DNA from: Macrostomum lignano | Lineage: Eukaryota | Assembly: GCA_002269645.1 (NCBI GenBank) | Contig: NIVC01000175.1 | Coordinates: forward strand, 62,001 to 126,000 | DNA length: 64,000 bases | Direction: 5' to 3' | Shown: positions 12,672-25,063 of the stretch, piece by piece | Numbering within the stretch: position 1 is the first letter of the stretch | How the letters are laid out: the number at the start of each line of letters is the position of its first letter | Position numbers and translations under genes: made by a program | The notes under the pieces: generated by a model | Told to the model about the DNA's origin: nothing | The model's database searches: none | What the model saw: the letters and a program-made list of their open reading frames with translations, nothing else

Positions 12672-14883
12672 AGGTTAGACGAAGGAGCACATGTGCTTCC
12701 CGAGCACAACCTGTTCTTTAAGTGCCAGTTATCTCAAATGGTTTTTAACCACTCCCCAATTTATCTGCCCCTTTGGTAGTCAATGCCATTTCCACTCTCT
12801 GCTGTTAAATATACTTTGAAAGAAACAATAAGATTTTTTACGAGTTACCAGTTACTTGCGCGTAGCGCTTGCAACCCTCATTTCCGTGTTTCCTTTTATC
12901 CGTTTCACTTTCCTACCCACTTGCTTTTCTTTCATGCCACCGCAAAGGGCCACCGCCGCCTCTACCGCCATCGATATCGAGTCTGGCTTAAACTGACCAT
13001 CGCTGGAAAGTTTTCGCCCTCGCCGTTGCGCTAGGGCGAGCTAATTATTTAAGTCTGTCTGCATCCCTGACCTCGTCAATACGGACGGAGATACGCGCAA
13101 CCATTAGTCAGACAGCGTGAAACTTTTAGCCGCGTTTTGTATGTATTTTCTCTCGTTCGGAAAGAATATGTTTAGCAAAAGTACAAGCAACATAAGGGTA
13201 GCCAAGTAGGCAGCTTTGTTTGTAAGGTATAGCAGGAAAGGCCAATTGGGCGGATTGGATTTCTGCAGTCATGAATCTGCTGAAAATACTACACATCTTT
13301 TTAGAGGCCTCGATGCGGCGCCGTACTTTTTGATGGATATTTTGGCATAAGTTCCCTTCCCTTCGTTCGTTAGACTACACCGGTATGTTCATCAATTCCT
13401 ACAGGTAATTACTATTACGCCTTGCCTCTTTGGTGTGTTTTAATCATTTTTTAAATTTAAGCAAATTAACAATAACAAAGTCTTTTTTGAAGCACCAATT
13501 TAAGTTGGATTTTCATTTGAATATTTTCTATATCTACAGCTGATTTTGTGCATTTGGATCGGATGTAGCTTGTCACATTATTCATGCAAAATTATTTTAT
13601 AGATCTTTAATAATGATTTCTTCGCTCTCCGGATGGTAGATGTAAACGGGTTGTCAGACGAGTCTCAGTGCACCAGTTAGACATGGTCAACATGACAGCC
13701 AGCCACAATGGAAACGACCGCACCCCTAAACACCCCTTAGAGTTTTGGTGAGTACAGTTACGAAGTACCAAGCGCTATACGCAACTGCTGCATCCGAAGA
13801 ACTCCAAATTCTGTCTCACCGACAGGGTAGCCACATCTGGGGCTCATGCCTTTAGGAGGGTCGATTTTACAGATCCCTACACCTATGACGAACAAGTAGC
13901 TCGAAAAGCAAGGTACAATTTACTTACAAAACTTTGTGGCAGCTCAACATTGTTGGACACTATAGTACAGTGACGGTTTGAGCCTTTGTAGATCGTTTCG
14001 TGTGCCGTCGTTGTGAAAGTCTTTACAAAGTAAATATTGGTATTTGATTATTCTATTTAATTGTACATCTGCACGTATTGTTTGAGACGTTAATTAGATT
14101 AAGTTTACACTCTTTTGTTTAAATCAATTTATACTCCAATTTCAAATTACTATAAAAACGTTTTGAATTTCGCTCCAGTCTGGTTGTCTGGTTGGTCGCT
14201 CGGTCGTCGCTCTTGAGTCTTGGCTTTGTACTGCTGGCTTTAATATTTTTAATAGATAAATACAATATATTGAATAATTCGACAGTATTTCGACAGCTCC
14301 TTGTAATTCGCCTAGTTCACTACTACTTATTCACTACATGTAAATCCTGATAGACCGCTACACAACTCATCAACGTCAGCAAAAGAAAAGTAGGCCTACA
14401 ACCTCGTCACAGTACACCTTCTAGGCGGCAAAGTTGAAGAAAAGAGTCACTATTTTCAATGCAACTCAGAGCCTTTGAAGTTAAAAGCATTCGTAACGAG
14501 TAGATCTGATAGATATTAAATATCAATAAGCTGGTGAACCTTCATGCTCAAGACAAAAAAACTGTGGATGATGCGTTGGTAAAAGGTATAGAGTGATTTA
14601 ATAAAGTGTTTGATTTATTATAGTTATCATTGACTCAAAGCCTTCAATCTGTAGTCTAGCCAAGTTGCACTTTGAGAGAAGCTTTCATGCCTAAAGTTGA
14701 AAAACCAGACAAGCATATGAATGCCAACTATAGAGTTGAGGTTGCAACCGGTTGGTTTAAGTTTCATGTTACAACAAAAAGAAAAATATCTCTTTAAGCG
14801 AGTCAAAATTATGCCACTGTCTTTGGCTTTGAATAGAGCATTTCGCCACAACGGTCGCCACTTGAGTATGTCGCTCATTATTT

Positions 14884-15873
14884 TCATTTGAACTTCAGAC
14901 GCTTGATAAAGTGCTGCCGTAGGCCTCGATTGAAAACCATTGTGAGACATGGCACAGCGGCTGAGTTAGCAAAGAAAAGGTAAAACACAGAGGCATTCAT
15001 TCCGGAGCCTTTGACATTGTCTAACACCATTGGCAACAGGCTGGCAAGCTGGATCACATTGCCCAGCACAAGTTGCAGCATGGGCTTCTTGGCTTGCTCA
15101 ATAGCCGCGGCTCTTTGCTCACCCTCGGGAGCTACAGATCGAGCCCTAACTAGCAGCAGTGCACCGGTAGCCGTGTAGGTGCCAACAGAGAACAGGTAAG
15201 CCAGGATCCCAATGCCAGCTTTTAAATAGGTGTTAATTTGAGAGTACAAAACTATGCGATCGCAAACTTGCACATCACTGGCTTCATTAATACCATTGTA
15301 GCGCCACAACTGCAGAGCGAATTCCCCTGAAGCCATCGGTATTAGGCCTGCTAGAGCGGCCAGACCAACGGTTCGAATGTTCCACCTGTTGGAAGTCGGA
15401 GCTGCTATGGCAAGCAGGCGGTCCAAAGCCAGCAAACTGTACACATAGACTTCAATGCCGATTGCTACATCTCTCGTGCTAAATAGGATTCGTAGGACGG
15501 TCAAATGACGCACGTAGAACTCGTTCTCAGTGTCGATGCTCCACTCCGAGCTGATCAACTGAGTGCCGTACTCCCGGTTGTGATAGCCGATGCCCAGTCT
15601 GAACAGCAGCAGAGCCAGCAGAGTCGCTGCCACCAGCTCGCAGCAGCTCAGCACCTGTGTGAGCAGGCGAAATGTTTGACGCTGGATGATGCTGCGCTGG
15701 TTGCGACAGTTGCACCCGATAGTGGCCAGGATGATTGCATTGCCAACCAGGGCCACGGCGCATACGATAGAGTAAATCGGGAAGAAGTACAACCCAAGCG
15801 GCCGGTCCTTGTAATTGCTCTGGAATCGTGGACAAACTTCCACATCCATAGCTGGTGTCGTTGCGTTGTCCAT
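14884..15873 (-). CDS. Class A (rhodopsin-like) orphan GPCR, 329 aa, single coding exon
   Basis: About seven hydrophobic segments, N-terminal NAT sequon, TM1 VGN, TM3 ALDRLLAI (DRY-like), degenerate TM7 AAVPCLTMVFN followed by helix-8-like LRQHF. Confidence 0.85.
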   Translation of the reverse strand: MDNATTPAMDVEVCPRFQSNYKDRPLGLYFFPIYSIVCAVALVGNAIILATIGCNCRNQRSIIQRQTFRLLTQVLSCCELVAATLLALLLFRLGIGYHNREYGTQLISSEWSIDTENEFYVRHLTVLRILFSTRDVAIGIEVYVYSLLALDRLLAIAAPTSNRWNIRTVGLAALAGLIPMASGEFALQLWRYNGINEASDVQVCDRIVLYSQINTYLKAGIGILAYLFSVGTYTATGALLLVRARSVAPEGEQRAAAIEQAKKPMLQLVLGNVIQLASLLPMVLDNVKGSGMNASVFYLFFANSAAVPCLTMVFNRGLRQHFIKRLKFK

Positions 15874-17137
15874 TTATGCGTCGTAATGCAATGTAAGCTG
15901 TAATCGATAGCGTCTTATGTCAGTAGCACCTGCTCTATCGTAAATTTTATAATTAGAACACAACCATCGCTGACTTACCAGAGATGAAACTGTTTTTTCC
16001 GCCTGTTGCGGCCTTGATCAGTTGCAGCCAAGACTGGGTGGAAATGAGAAAGCAAGACCGTGACTGGCACATTCAAATAGAGAAATGAAACAATAGTTCG
16101 CCTCACCATTGGCCTGCGCATTGTTGTGATTGTCTTCCTACCAGCAGGCAGCATGGCCTAGAAATCCTTAGCCCAAACAAAAATCACTGATCCCTTTTCT
16201 ATAGTTAGGATTTTTAATGTTACAGTTTAGGCTCAAAAATAAACTAGGTAAATTTAATCTTTGGATAATGACTTTTATCTAACATTTGAATATGATAACC
16301 GTGATGTATCTTTGCACATTACCTGTTTGCTTGCATTAAATACTTTCATTTATTTTCTCCGAAAAAGAGGCCTTATGTTTACAGTGGGTATATAATAAAT
16401 ACTGAAATACCTGGACAAGAATGGCCTGAACTCTTCTTTACAATCGAAAAAGAGAGTTCATTATTTATGCAACCATTTGCTGTGCATTGTTTTATGCACA
16501 TCTCATACTGACACAATTGACGACATCAATCAATGTACTTTAATTGTTTTCTTTGAACAGTGGCAGAATTAAAGATAGCGAATTTATGACGTATTATGAA
16601 ACACCCCCGATACTGGCGCCCTGAATTCTTTGTTTCTGAACTTAAACACTTTTCAGCGTTCGAAGCGTTCTGAAAGTAAAAAATTCAATTAATGCACTTT
16701 ATTCCAGGATAGCGAGATATTTTTGGAGCAGAGAAAGCAGGAACTGTTTGTAAGAGATTAACGTGCATTCGAATAAAAGAATTCTTATACCTTCTTATTC
16801 AGCACCTGTGTAAAAACAAAACAGTCTCCAGGTTTATTGGCAGGTGAGAGGGACTAAAGCTAATACTCATTAGGCATGTCTCGTCTTTGTTTGCAAGCTT
16901 GTTTTGTCTGTTGCAAAAGAATGGAGCACCCTTGATGGTCAAATATTCTATCAATTGTCATTGTAACAGACAGGTGTTATAGGAGCACTCCGGACCTCGC
17001 TGTAAGTACTGTATCAGAAAATAATGATAAAAAACTCTCAACGTTCTACTATTATTCATTAGTGCAGAGTAAAATACTACAATTTATACAAAAATAAATT
17101 AGTCATACACAAGGTGCTGGCCGCTTTGGCGCTGATG

Positions 17138-17314
17138 CCCCTTGGTGCTAAAGCCCCTGGTGCTAAAGCCCCTGGTGCTAAAGCCCCTGGTGCTAAAGCC
17201 CCTGGTGCTAAAGCCCCTGGTGCTAAAGCCCCTGGTGCTAAAGCCCCTGGTGCTAAAGCCCCTGGTGCTAAAGCCCCTGGTGCTAAAGCCCCTGGTGCTA
17301 AAGCCCCTGGTGCT
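17138..17314. repeat. 15-bp minisatellite (GGTGCTAAAGCCCCT)n, about 11.5 copies
   Basis: Perfect tandem units; source of the GAKAP/ALAPG pseudo-ORFs. Confidence 0.96.
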
Positions 17315-18325
17315 TTGTAAACAACATCAGTAAATTCCAGCAGCTGCATTTGCACCTCCGCGTAGCCCAGCAACATAATTGCAGCGGAATTTGAATCTGC
17401 CGACAATCTAAAATGCCCAAAAAGCACAGGAGTAGCCGATGGCTTGCGGGCTGAATAATCAATGGTTTTGGGGCAGAAAGTATTCCTTAAAAGCCGCAGT
17501 CAGGGGGGGGGGCAGTGAAGAAATGCTCAGCCATCTGAGACTTCCAGCTCTTCTCACTACTTGGCTGCACGTAGACATCTGCGCACTTCAACTTCTTCTG
17601 AAATGAAAAATTGCAAGCGTGCATAGTAGGCTCATTAATTATTCATGAGACAACTACTGCAACCGCTTCACTCCGCCTTGCTTTCTCCCTTTCTTTCCCT
17701 TCCAACTCTTTTTAGCTATTTTTTGCAGAAAGTGTGCTCCGACATATAAACTCTTCACTTTGCTGCAAAAAACTTTAAGGGCGAAACCTTGACGCAGGCT
17801 GACTTTGGAGGAGCGAATTCCCGCAGTCTCAGGTCCAACTCATTGCGATGGCTCAGCTCACTCGGCTCTGTTTACTCATTGACTGTTTGGAGATTGCAAT
17901 AAGCTCAACTATAGGCTTATTCTGTAGATTTCAGTTGGGATACCCGTGTTGACAAGACGTGATGAAGCCAAGCTAAAACTAAAACTGAAAACGCTCCACT
18001 CCACGTGTCTCGGACTTCATTGGAGCGAAATAAAGGCCTGCTGTTGCAGTCAATCATGGATTCACGCATACTTCTTGAAGTATATGTAGCATACATACAC
18101 GTATAAAACGAATCGCTAAATGAAGATATTTAATTAAAAATGATTAGTCAAAGTCTCACGGACCCCTTGCAAAGCGTCACGTTGTATGCAGTGCAGCGTA
18201 TGCAAAAGTGCAACTCCAGGCGCAAACATCGGATATGAATATGATTGCTTTACAGCTGGGTCAATAACTGTTCCTGTTGCAGCGTATTTACTCAAAAGTG
18301 TTTCTCTGTTCTAACTTGCGCATAT

Positions 18326-18540
18326 GGGGGGGCCGTAGCCCAGTGGTCTAGCGCAGGCTCTGATGTGCCAGCGGCCCAGGCTCGATTCCAAGTGCAGTCG
18401 CATTAATTTGGGGCTGAATTGGAATCTCGGCTCGGCTCTGCTCGTGCAATTAAAGCCCTTGAAGGCCAACCCCCAAGGCACAGTGAAGTGTGCATGTATG
18501 CATGACTGCGTACGTTTGATAAAACATAAAAAGTTACATT
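18326..18540 (+). mobile_element. tRNA-derived SINE-like element
   Basis: GGGGGGCCG start, A-box-like TAGCCCAGTGG (18336-18346), B-box-like GGCTCGATTCC (18379-18389), non-tRNA body and A-rich end. 3' boundary approximate. Confidence 0.55.
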
Positions 18541-19237
18541 TAAACGGCATATTTTTTAGCCCAGATGGCCGGATAAATTGGCAAGTGATCCACTAAACTA
18601 AAAATGATGACATGTCTCGCTTATGACAAATGTGTTTTTGGTCAACTCATTATTGATCAACGCAGCTACATCAAACGTGATCATTTGTTTCCATTTTTGT
18701 TTGTCAAGAAGATTTGACTACTTCCTATTCTAATTGACTTATACATAGGCTTTGAACACTTATGCATCAATATGAATGATTCAAAGCCTTAATTGTAAAC
18801 GGGAAGCATTGAACTCGCATTAAAAAGCAATTGGATGAAAAAACAAATATAGATGCAAAATTGCTCAAAAATTATTCTCAAAGCCGTGCTAGAATCTACA
18901 TTTACTCCTCTTTTCCCACTCTTCTCCCTCCTCCTCTCGCTGCGGCCACTCAGAGACGACTCAGCGTACAGAACAAAAGCATGAGATGCTATACCCAGAG
19001 CTCTTCAGTTGGAAGTACAATAGCCGTGTGGTTGCAGCTTCTGCAAGCATCACCTATTCATATTGGCAAGTAGCAGGCGGTTTGCCACTGAGCTGCTTGC
19101 CATCTGCGTACAATACTACAATCTCAAGAGTAAACTTCTTTATAAGTTTTTCTTGAAGTATCTTTTCAACTAAAATAAAACGAGGAGCTACGCTCGTATC
19201 TCCATATTAATAGCAAGCAAAAAACTTCTCCAACCTT

Positions 19238-20621
19238 ATGGCGGATTTTACGAAGTTTGATCAGAGCCTGGTGGCTGAATATCGAGAAGCATTTGCTTTA
19301 TTTGATAAAGACGGTGAGTAAGCGGTTAAAGCCAATTTTGTTCCTGTACTTATACAGGGGCTAGTGGTCACATTGTTGCTGGATGTACAATAGTACAAAC
19401 AATAAAATACGCGGAGATTCTAAAGTAGTGTCGCAAGGCGCGCCAACCTCCGTAGAAGCAGCCGTCTATTGGAAGTCATTCGGCACTTATAACGTCATTG
19501 TCGTTCACTTTAGCAGTAACGACAAGGAAACTTTCTAGTTAGCGTAGGGTACCATCGAGACAGCATGGACACGAGAATCTGCCACCGCATAGCCTCAGCA
19601 ATTATTCCGGTCACCAGGTTTTCTTGTCAATGCTGTATTTGATAGCTGGCATTGATATTTAAATAGTTTCTTTGTTCAAGTTGGATTCCCAGAGAGGCAC
19701 TCTAGAAACGCATGAATTAATTTATAAAAATACAATTTTTACAGGTGACGGTTGTATAACTACAAAAGAACTGGGCCGAGTGATGAAGTCTCTTGGTCAG
19801 AATCCGACCGATGCTCAACTTCAGGTAAGATCTCTAACGTAACTTATGAAAAATAGACTTGGCCACAGCAAATATCGTGATAGTGCCTCTATTTTATGTT
19901 CTTTCTCGAGCAAATACAGCCATGCCCATTTCGTTGACCCCTAAGCACGGAGACGCAAAATGGGTACATGTACGCACGCACTCACAGTGGTTGGGGAAGT
20001 ACGTGTACCTACTTTGTACCATGGCATTGGCCCTCATTGGTGAGGCCTCGAACGAAATATAACGCGAGTACTTTGGCGTTACATTCAGATTCTCCATTTA
20101 CCCAACGGATCAGCAAAATAATTTTAAGCCGTTGGTACAACATTCTTTGAATATAGTCCTATCTAAACATTCCATTTTTGACAGGACATGGTTAGCGAAG
20201 TTGACACAGACGGTAACGGCTCATAGAATTCTCCGAGTTTGTAACCATGATGGAGAAGCGAAAAACAGAAGATGAATTTGTCGCTGAGATCGAAGCAACT
20301 TTTAAAGTATTCGACCGGGATCAGGATGGGTAAGACCAAAGGAAGAGCTGCTAGTTAACGAGTCCCTTTTTGCGGAGTGCTATTAATAACAGGTTTAGCG
20401 ATTAAACCTTTTAAAACATGCGAGAAAAAATTTAAAAAAATTTCAGATTTATTGGTCCAGCAGAGTTGCGCCACGTGCTTGGCAATCTAGGCGTGAAAAT
20501 AACGGAACAGGAGGCGGCGGACATGATCGCAGAGGCGGATTATAACAAAGATGGAGTGGTGGACTTCGACGAATTTTATAAAATGATGAAAAAGAGAAAC
20601 CCACCAAAGCTGAGAAAATGA
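19238..20621 (+). CDS. Calmodulin-like four-EF-hand protein; exons 19238-19313, 19745-19824, 20185-20329, 20447-20621; 1-nt frameshift at about 20221
   Basis: [13 protein letters not shown]|[29 protein letters not shown](S)[16 protein letters not shown]|[22 protein letters not shown]. Splice phases agree. GGC TC ATA GAA lacks one base. Confidence 0.9.
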
Positions 20622-21320
20622 GAATAAAGACAAGCAACTTGTATAATAATTGTAGAAGCTCATATTCAATTAGATTTTTAGATCAGAGGAGGTTTAAATG
20701 TCTGTCGAGCGCATGCTAAAAATAAATTAGCATTTGCTAGTTTTATTGAAACGTTCATTCATAGCATCAAGACTCAAAAGAGTTCAATTTAAAAAGTAGA
20801 AGTAAAAGTTCGAGCTAATACCTTGAAGGCCCCTAATAAACTCATGAAGTATTGCAAGGAATCTTTCTCTCTATAATTATATGATAATTTTTTATTCTAT
20901 AAAAGACGAGTAATTTGATAAATGTACGTCCGATGGTAGAGGTAAAGCGTCAGCGATACTTTATCATTTTCTACTAGCTCGTAATACTGCCACAAAACTG
21001 CATCCGTAAAAATTTGGATAAAATGTACCCAGAACGTTTTTAGTTGGATATCTGAATAATACACGAACCTGTAAATACGATATGTAAAATTTTATTACAT
21101 AGACCGCTGTCTTTACAGATGAAAATATAGATAGAAAATGAACAGAAAAAGTTTTGCGAAAACTACTGCTATTGGTATCGTGAGTAAATATCATACTAAT
21201 TAAAACCGCGCAGAAATTTAGTTGTCGGAAAAGATAAAAATATTAATGATGAAACGGTTTTCAAAATTCTTTTCTAATCGTTTCAACATACTTAAGTCAA
21301 GAAACCACCGCGTCTGTCAC

Positions 21321-24296
21321 TTAACGCAGTGAATTTTCGGAGAGCCACTGGACAAGCGGCAGCAAACTTCTCTCCATCCACCCGATATTGATGCGCACGC
21401 TCTCAATTGCGCGGTCCATAGCTACAGAAGCCGCTCCCAAAGTATCCTTGTGCTGCAACTTGAACGCTTCCATTTCTTGCAACTTTTGCTCTGAGTTAAA
21501 TTCAGCAAGATTGTTAATAATATACGTGGCGGTAAAGACACCAACCCCTTTGTCTACTATCGTATTCCAGTTGCGCTTCAGGTAGTCCCACATTATTTGA
21601 ATACCGTTCGGATTAGCAGCAACACTTGAAAATACAGTCGATAGGTCCTGTCCTCTGATTTTGGTCTCGTCCAGGGCGTAGTCCAGGTACCGGTTGAGAA
21701 TCCACGGCTCGCTGGTGCACGCCAGACTGCGGATGATGTCGTTCTGAGTTCCCGGGTGAGCCACGGTCTTGCTGAACTCGAATAGACGGTCCCACACAGC
21801 AACAAATGAAGTGGCCACTCCTTCGCACAGGACCCTCCGTCGGATGTCGGGCGTGATTGTCGATGTGAAAGACGAGTTTACGAACTCTTCGAACTTGTTT
21901 GTTGCAGCCGTTTCACAGCTTCTCAGACGGTACAAACAGGCCGACGACACGATGAGGCCTCGCTTCAGCTTAGTCAAGTGGGTGTCCGTGTCCTTGTTGT
22001 CAAGTCCGACATCGTTGAAGGCTCCCTCGAGTAGGTTTCGCATGTACGCACTCAGCGGTCCGTACTCGGGAGACTGTCGGTGGAGCATTGAGTGCAGGTA
22101 GCCGATCTTTGACAGAGCAGACGACCACGGAACATAGTGCGTCTCATTCTTCAAGTACTTGGTCATGTTGAGCGGAATGCTGTAGTCCAGATAGCCGGCA
22201 CTGGCCAGAGCAAAGCTGTCATCGAGCAGACGAGCCCTGTCCTGCGGACTGAACACCGTGTGATTCGAAATCAGCTGATCGATGAGTCGCTTCCAGTTGT
22301 CCAAGTCGTAGTTCACTCTGTAGAAGCCGGACGAGCGAAGGTTGAGCAGATACCAGTCGTCAGCCGTGTTGTTGAATTCGAAGGACTGCTCCTTCTCGGC
22401 CATCCAGTTCACAAAGCCCGACACGTCCTCAGGAGTTCCCGAGGTGAGGTTCTGCTTGGTTCCCATGGTGACAGGAATGATCCACGTGTAGTTGTAGTCG
22501 CTCGGGTAGCTCGGAACTTGACTGGGGTCACTGAGAAAGTGATTCTGCGTCAGAGTGAGACGTCGAGCCGCAGTCGAGACGGAACAGTTGAGCACGGGGT
22601 AGCCCATCTGCTTGATCCAGCGATCCATCACTGAGCTGACGTTGAGAGACTTGTTTGTGGACTCGGAGTACTGCCGGGTCAGACTGTTATAGAGAGCGGT
22701 GTGGAATGTGTTTCCATAGCTGTTCTGACGCAGGTAGTTTCCGACACCCTTGCGGAAGACCTCGTCACCGACAAAGCCGTGAAGCATGCGGAGAACCGAG
22801 GCTCCTTTTCTGTACGTGATTGTGTCGAAGATCGCATTTATCTGATTAGGGGTGTACACTTCAACGTAAATAGGCCGACTGGCCCCTTTCGAATCAACGT
22901 CGAACGCTAATTGTTGCTGCGTCGTCACAAATTGGGCATCCATCTCCCAGTCTGGATGAAGATTATCTACCCCAAGGTTCAAAGTGAAGCTTGCAAATCC
23001 TTCATTGAGCCAAAGATCGTCCCACCATTCTGGAGTCACTAGGTTTCCGAACCACATGTGGACGACCTCATGGCTAACGACGCTGCCAATGGACTGTAGT
23101 ACAGCACTCGTGTCTTTGGTGCTATTGAATACGAGTCGAGCTTCCCGGTAAAGTATAAGACCCCAGTTTTCCATTGCACCTGCATCAAAATCTGGAACAG
23201 CAGATTGATCTATTTTGCTTAGAAGGTGCGTAATATTGAAGTAGGACTCAAAATACAAGGTGAGGTTTTTCACCGCAACAAGTGAATAGTTAGTCTGCTG
23301 TACAAGCTCCGGGCGGGCCCAGTTGCGATAAGAACGCATCTGGCTGTCTTCATCGGAAATGCTTTCAAACTGAGCAACTAGAAAAGCAGTAAGATACGTC
23401 GACATAATGGGTGTTGTCTCAAAGTCTTCTTTAACAAATTGATGAGACTGATTTGCTGATGTAAACCAGTCATTTGCTGATACAGTCTCATTCTTTTTCG
23501 ATGGCATGTTGGTAAAGGACTTGTAGTCGATACGCCTTACCAGGCTCAAGTCGAATGTCGCTTTCATTCCAGGTTCGTCAAAACACGGAAAAGTCTTTCT
23601 CGCATCTGTAGGTTGCATTTGTGATGCAACTAAATATTTTGTCTCTCCATTTTCCTCATACAGGCTGAAGTAGAGACCAACCAAATCCCTACTCAACGGA
23701 GCCTTAAATCGGGGGATCGCTATCGAGATGTCGCTGCTGTTTGTAGGAAGCGACTCGCTCAGATCGATGCTGTACCACTCGCGATCTTCGTCATACACAC
23801 AGCTGTCGACGGTGTAGTTTTTGTTTGATTTAGAGTTGTAAACCCGAATGTCCGCAGCCGTTAGCGGGATCTTCATCGCATGCAGCTTGATGTTGCTGGT
23901 TGATTCGTTGATGCTGAGCCTCACCTGCATGGAGCCGGTAAAGTAGAACTCCGACGCGTTGTTACCGTAGATGTAGGGCGCCAGAGTGACGGTGTAGTGC
24001 AGCGGCTTTACTCCGGTCGGCAGTCGGACGTCCGTAACGAGCGGCGGCGCCGTCGTAGGTCCAGCAGTCGACGTCAAAGTCGTAGCAGGTGGCGCCGCGG
24101 TCGGAGGAGGGTAAGGGTCGCATTTCGGAGCCGTGAAGTGTACGATGAGGCCCACCGCCACGACGGAGCCTGCAAAGACGAGTGCCAGCGCGACAAGGAT
24201 AGGTACGGTGAGGAAGAGACCTCTCTTGCCAGAGCCTCCATCCCCACGTAAGCTCACGCTGCTGTCGGAGCCTTTGTACATGGCGTAACCACCCAT
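21321..24296 (-). CDS. M1 aminopeptidase N-like, copy 1, type II membrane protein, 991 aa, intronless
   Basis: N-terminal TM anchor, Thr/Pro stalk, GAMEN, HEVVH-x18-E, ITYRKG, ERAP1-like C-terminal domain. Confidence 0.96.
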   Translation of the reverse strand: MGGYAMYKGSDSSVSLRGDGGSGKRGLFLTVPILVALALVFAGSVVAVGLIVHFTAPKCDPYPPPTAAPPATTLTSTAGPTTAPPLVTDVRLPTGVKPLHYTVTLAPYIYGNNASEFYFTGSMQVRLSINESTSNIKLHAMKIPLTAADIRVYNSKSNKNYTVDSCVYDEDREWYSIDLSESLPTNSSDISIAIPRFKAPLSRDLVGLYFSLYEENGETKYLVASQMQPTDARKTFPCFDEPGMKATFDLSLVRRIDYKSFTNMPSKKNETVSANDWFTSANQSHQFVKEDFETTPIMSTYLTAFLVAQFESISDEDSQMRSYRNWARPELVQQTNYSLVAVKNLTLYFESYFNITHLLSKIDQSAVPDFDAGAMENWGLILYREARLVFNSTKDTSAVLQSIGSVVSHEVVHMWFGNLVTPEWWDDLWLNEGFASFTLNLGVDNLHPDWEMDAQFVTTQQQLAFDVDSKGASRPIYVEVYTPNQINAIFDTITYRKGASVLRMLHGFVGDEVFRKGVGNYLRQNSYGNTFHTALYNSLTRQYSESTNKSLNVSSVMDRWIKQMGYPVLNCSVSTAARRLTLTQNHFLSDPSQVPSYPSDYNYTWIIPVTMGTKQNLTSGTPEDVSGFVNWMAEKEQSFEFNNTADDWYLLNLRSSGFYRVNYDLDNWKRLIDQLISNHTVFSPQDRARLLDDSFALASAGYLDYSIPLNMTKYLKNETHYVPWSSALSKIGYLHSMLHRQSPEYGPLSAYMRNLLEGAFNDVGLDNKDTDTHLTKLKRGLIVSSACLYRLRSCETAATNKFEEFVNSSFTSTITPDIRRRVLCEGVATSFVAVWDRLFEFSKTVAHPGTQNDIIRSLACTSEPWILNRYLDYALDETKIRGQDLSTVFSSVAANPNGIQIMWDYLKRNWNTIVDKGVGVFTATYIINNLAEFNSEQKLQEMEAFKLQHKDTLGAASVAMDRAIESVRINIGWMERSLLPLVQWLSENSLR

Positions 24297-25063
24297 GGCA
24301 CTTGGAGTTTTCTTTTAGGCTCTTGCTGGCTGTATGTAAATCTTAATGCAAATTTTCTGCTATGAGCCTGAAACTGTGCTTAAGCAAAAATTCGTGTTTG
24401 ATAGGAGCGTATTTTTATTTTAAATACAGATTCTCGGATGCGATATCGAGCACGATAAGGATAAATGTCTTTTTCGTTTAGTTGAATAGTTTAAGAGCTT
24501 TCTATTTTAGTCTAGAGCAAAGTTTAATTTTTATCTATGCAGGCAGGCGCTGTTATCTTGTTTTTTTCCATAATTAGTTAACAAATTTATGGTATAAGTA
24601 GAATTCAGCAGTTAAATTTACTGACTTTTCCAGTGAAATTTGACTTTCACAGACTGCTTAACCGTAAGATAAGACCAAGAGCATAATTTCTGTTGACCAT
24701 ACTCGTATTGTTTGAAAAATCTTTTAGCAGAAACTCGCTAATTGACGTTTTGAATTGATTCCAATACGGTATGTACAGTAGTTTTATCAGTGCTAGAGAT
24801 CTGTGTGAACCGCCAAAGCAACTGAAAGCTTGAGCGAGGTCAGATAAGAAAATCATATTAGCTATGTTTGTCTACGGTCCAGGTAGCTTTTTTTTAATTT
24901 GTGAAGCTCTCTGCTTCATTGCTTTCCTATTTTGTTAAGATAAACTTGTGAGCAACCCAATTATTTGGAGTAATATTTTTCGTCGAATAAAGTAAATGAT
25001 GAGGACGCATCTTTTTTCAATCTTAAAACCGCACATTTTGCTTCGATGCGCTCTTTCCCCTAC

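Noticed and set aside
12700-14600. Possible decayed transposon or exons
   Set aside because: Some GC-richer stretches, but no consistent frame, motif, TIR or TSD could be established.
17077-17610. GAKAP/ALAPG ORFs and exon-like minus-strand sequence at 17400-17600
   Set aside because: The repeat explains the ORFs; the adjacent frames break at a G10 run and match no family I recognise.
18326-18400. Functional tRNA genes here and at 40610-40682
   Set aside because: A and B boxes are present but no complete cloverleaf or acceptor stem could be formed; both continue into SINE-like bodies.
21321-24296. Bacterial horizontal origin of the intronless aminopeptidases
   Set aside because: Type II anchor, Thr/Pro stalk, many N-glycosylation sequons and metazoan-type motifs (QPTDARKTFPCFDEP, WWDDLWLNEG) fit animal APN.
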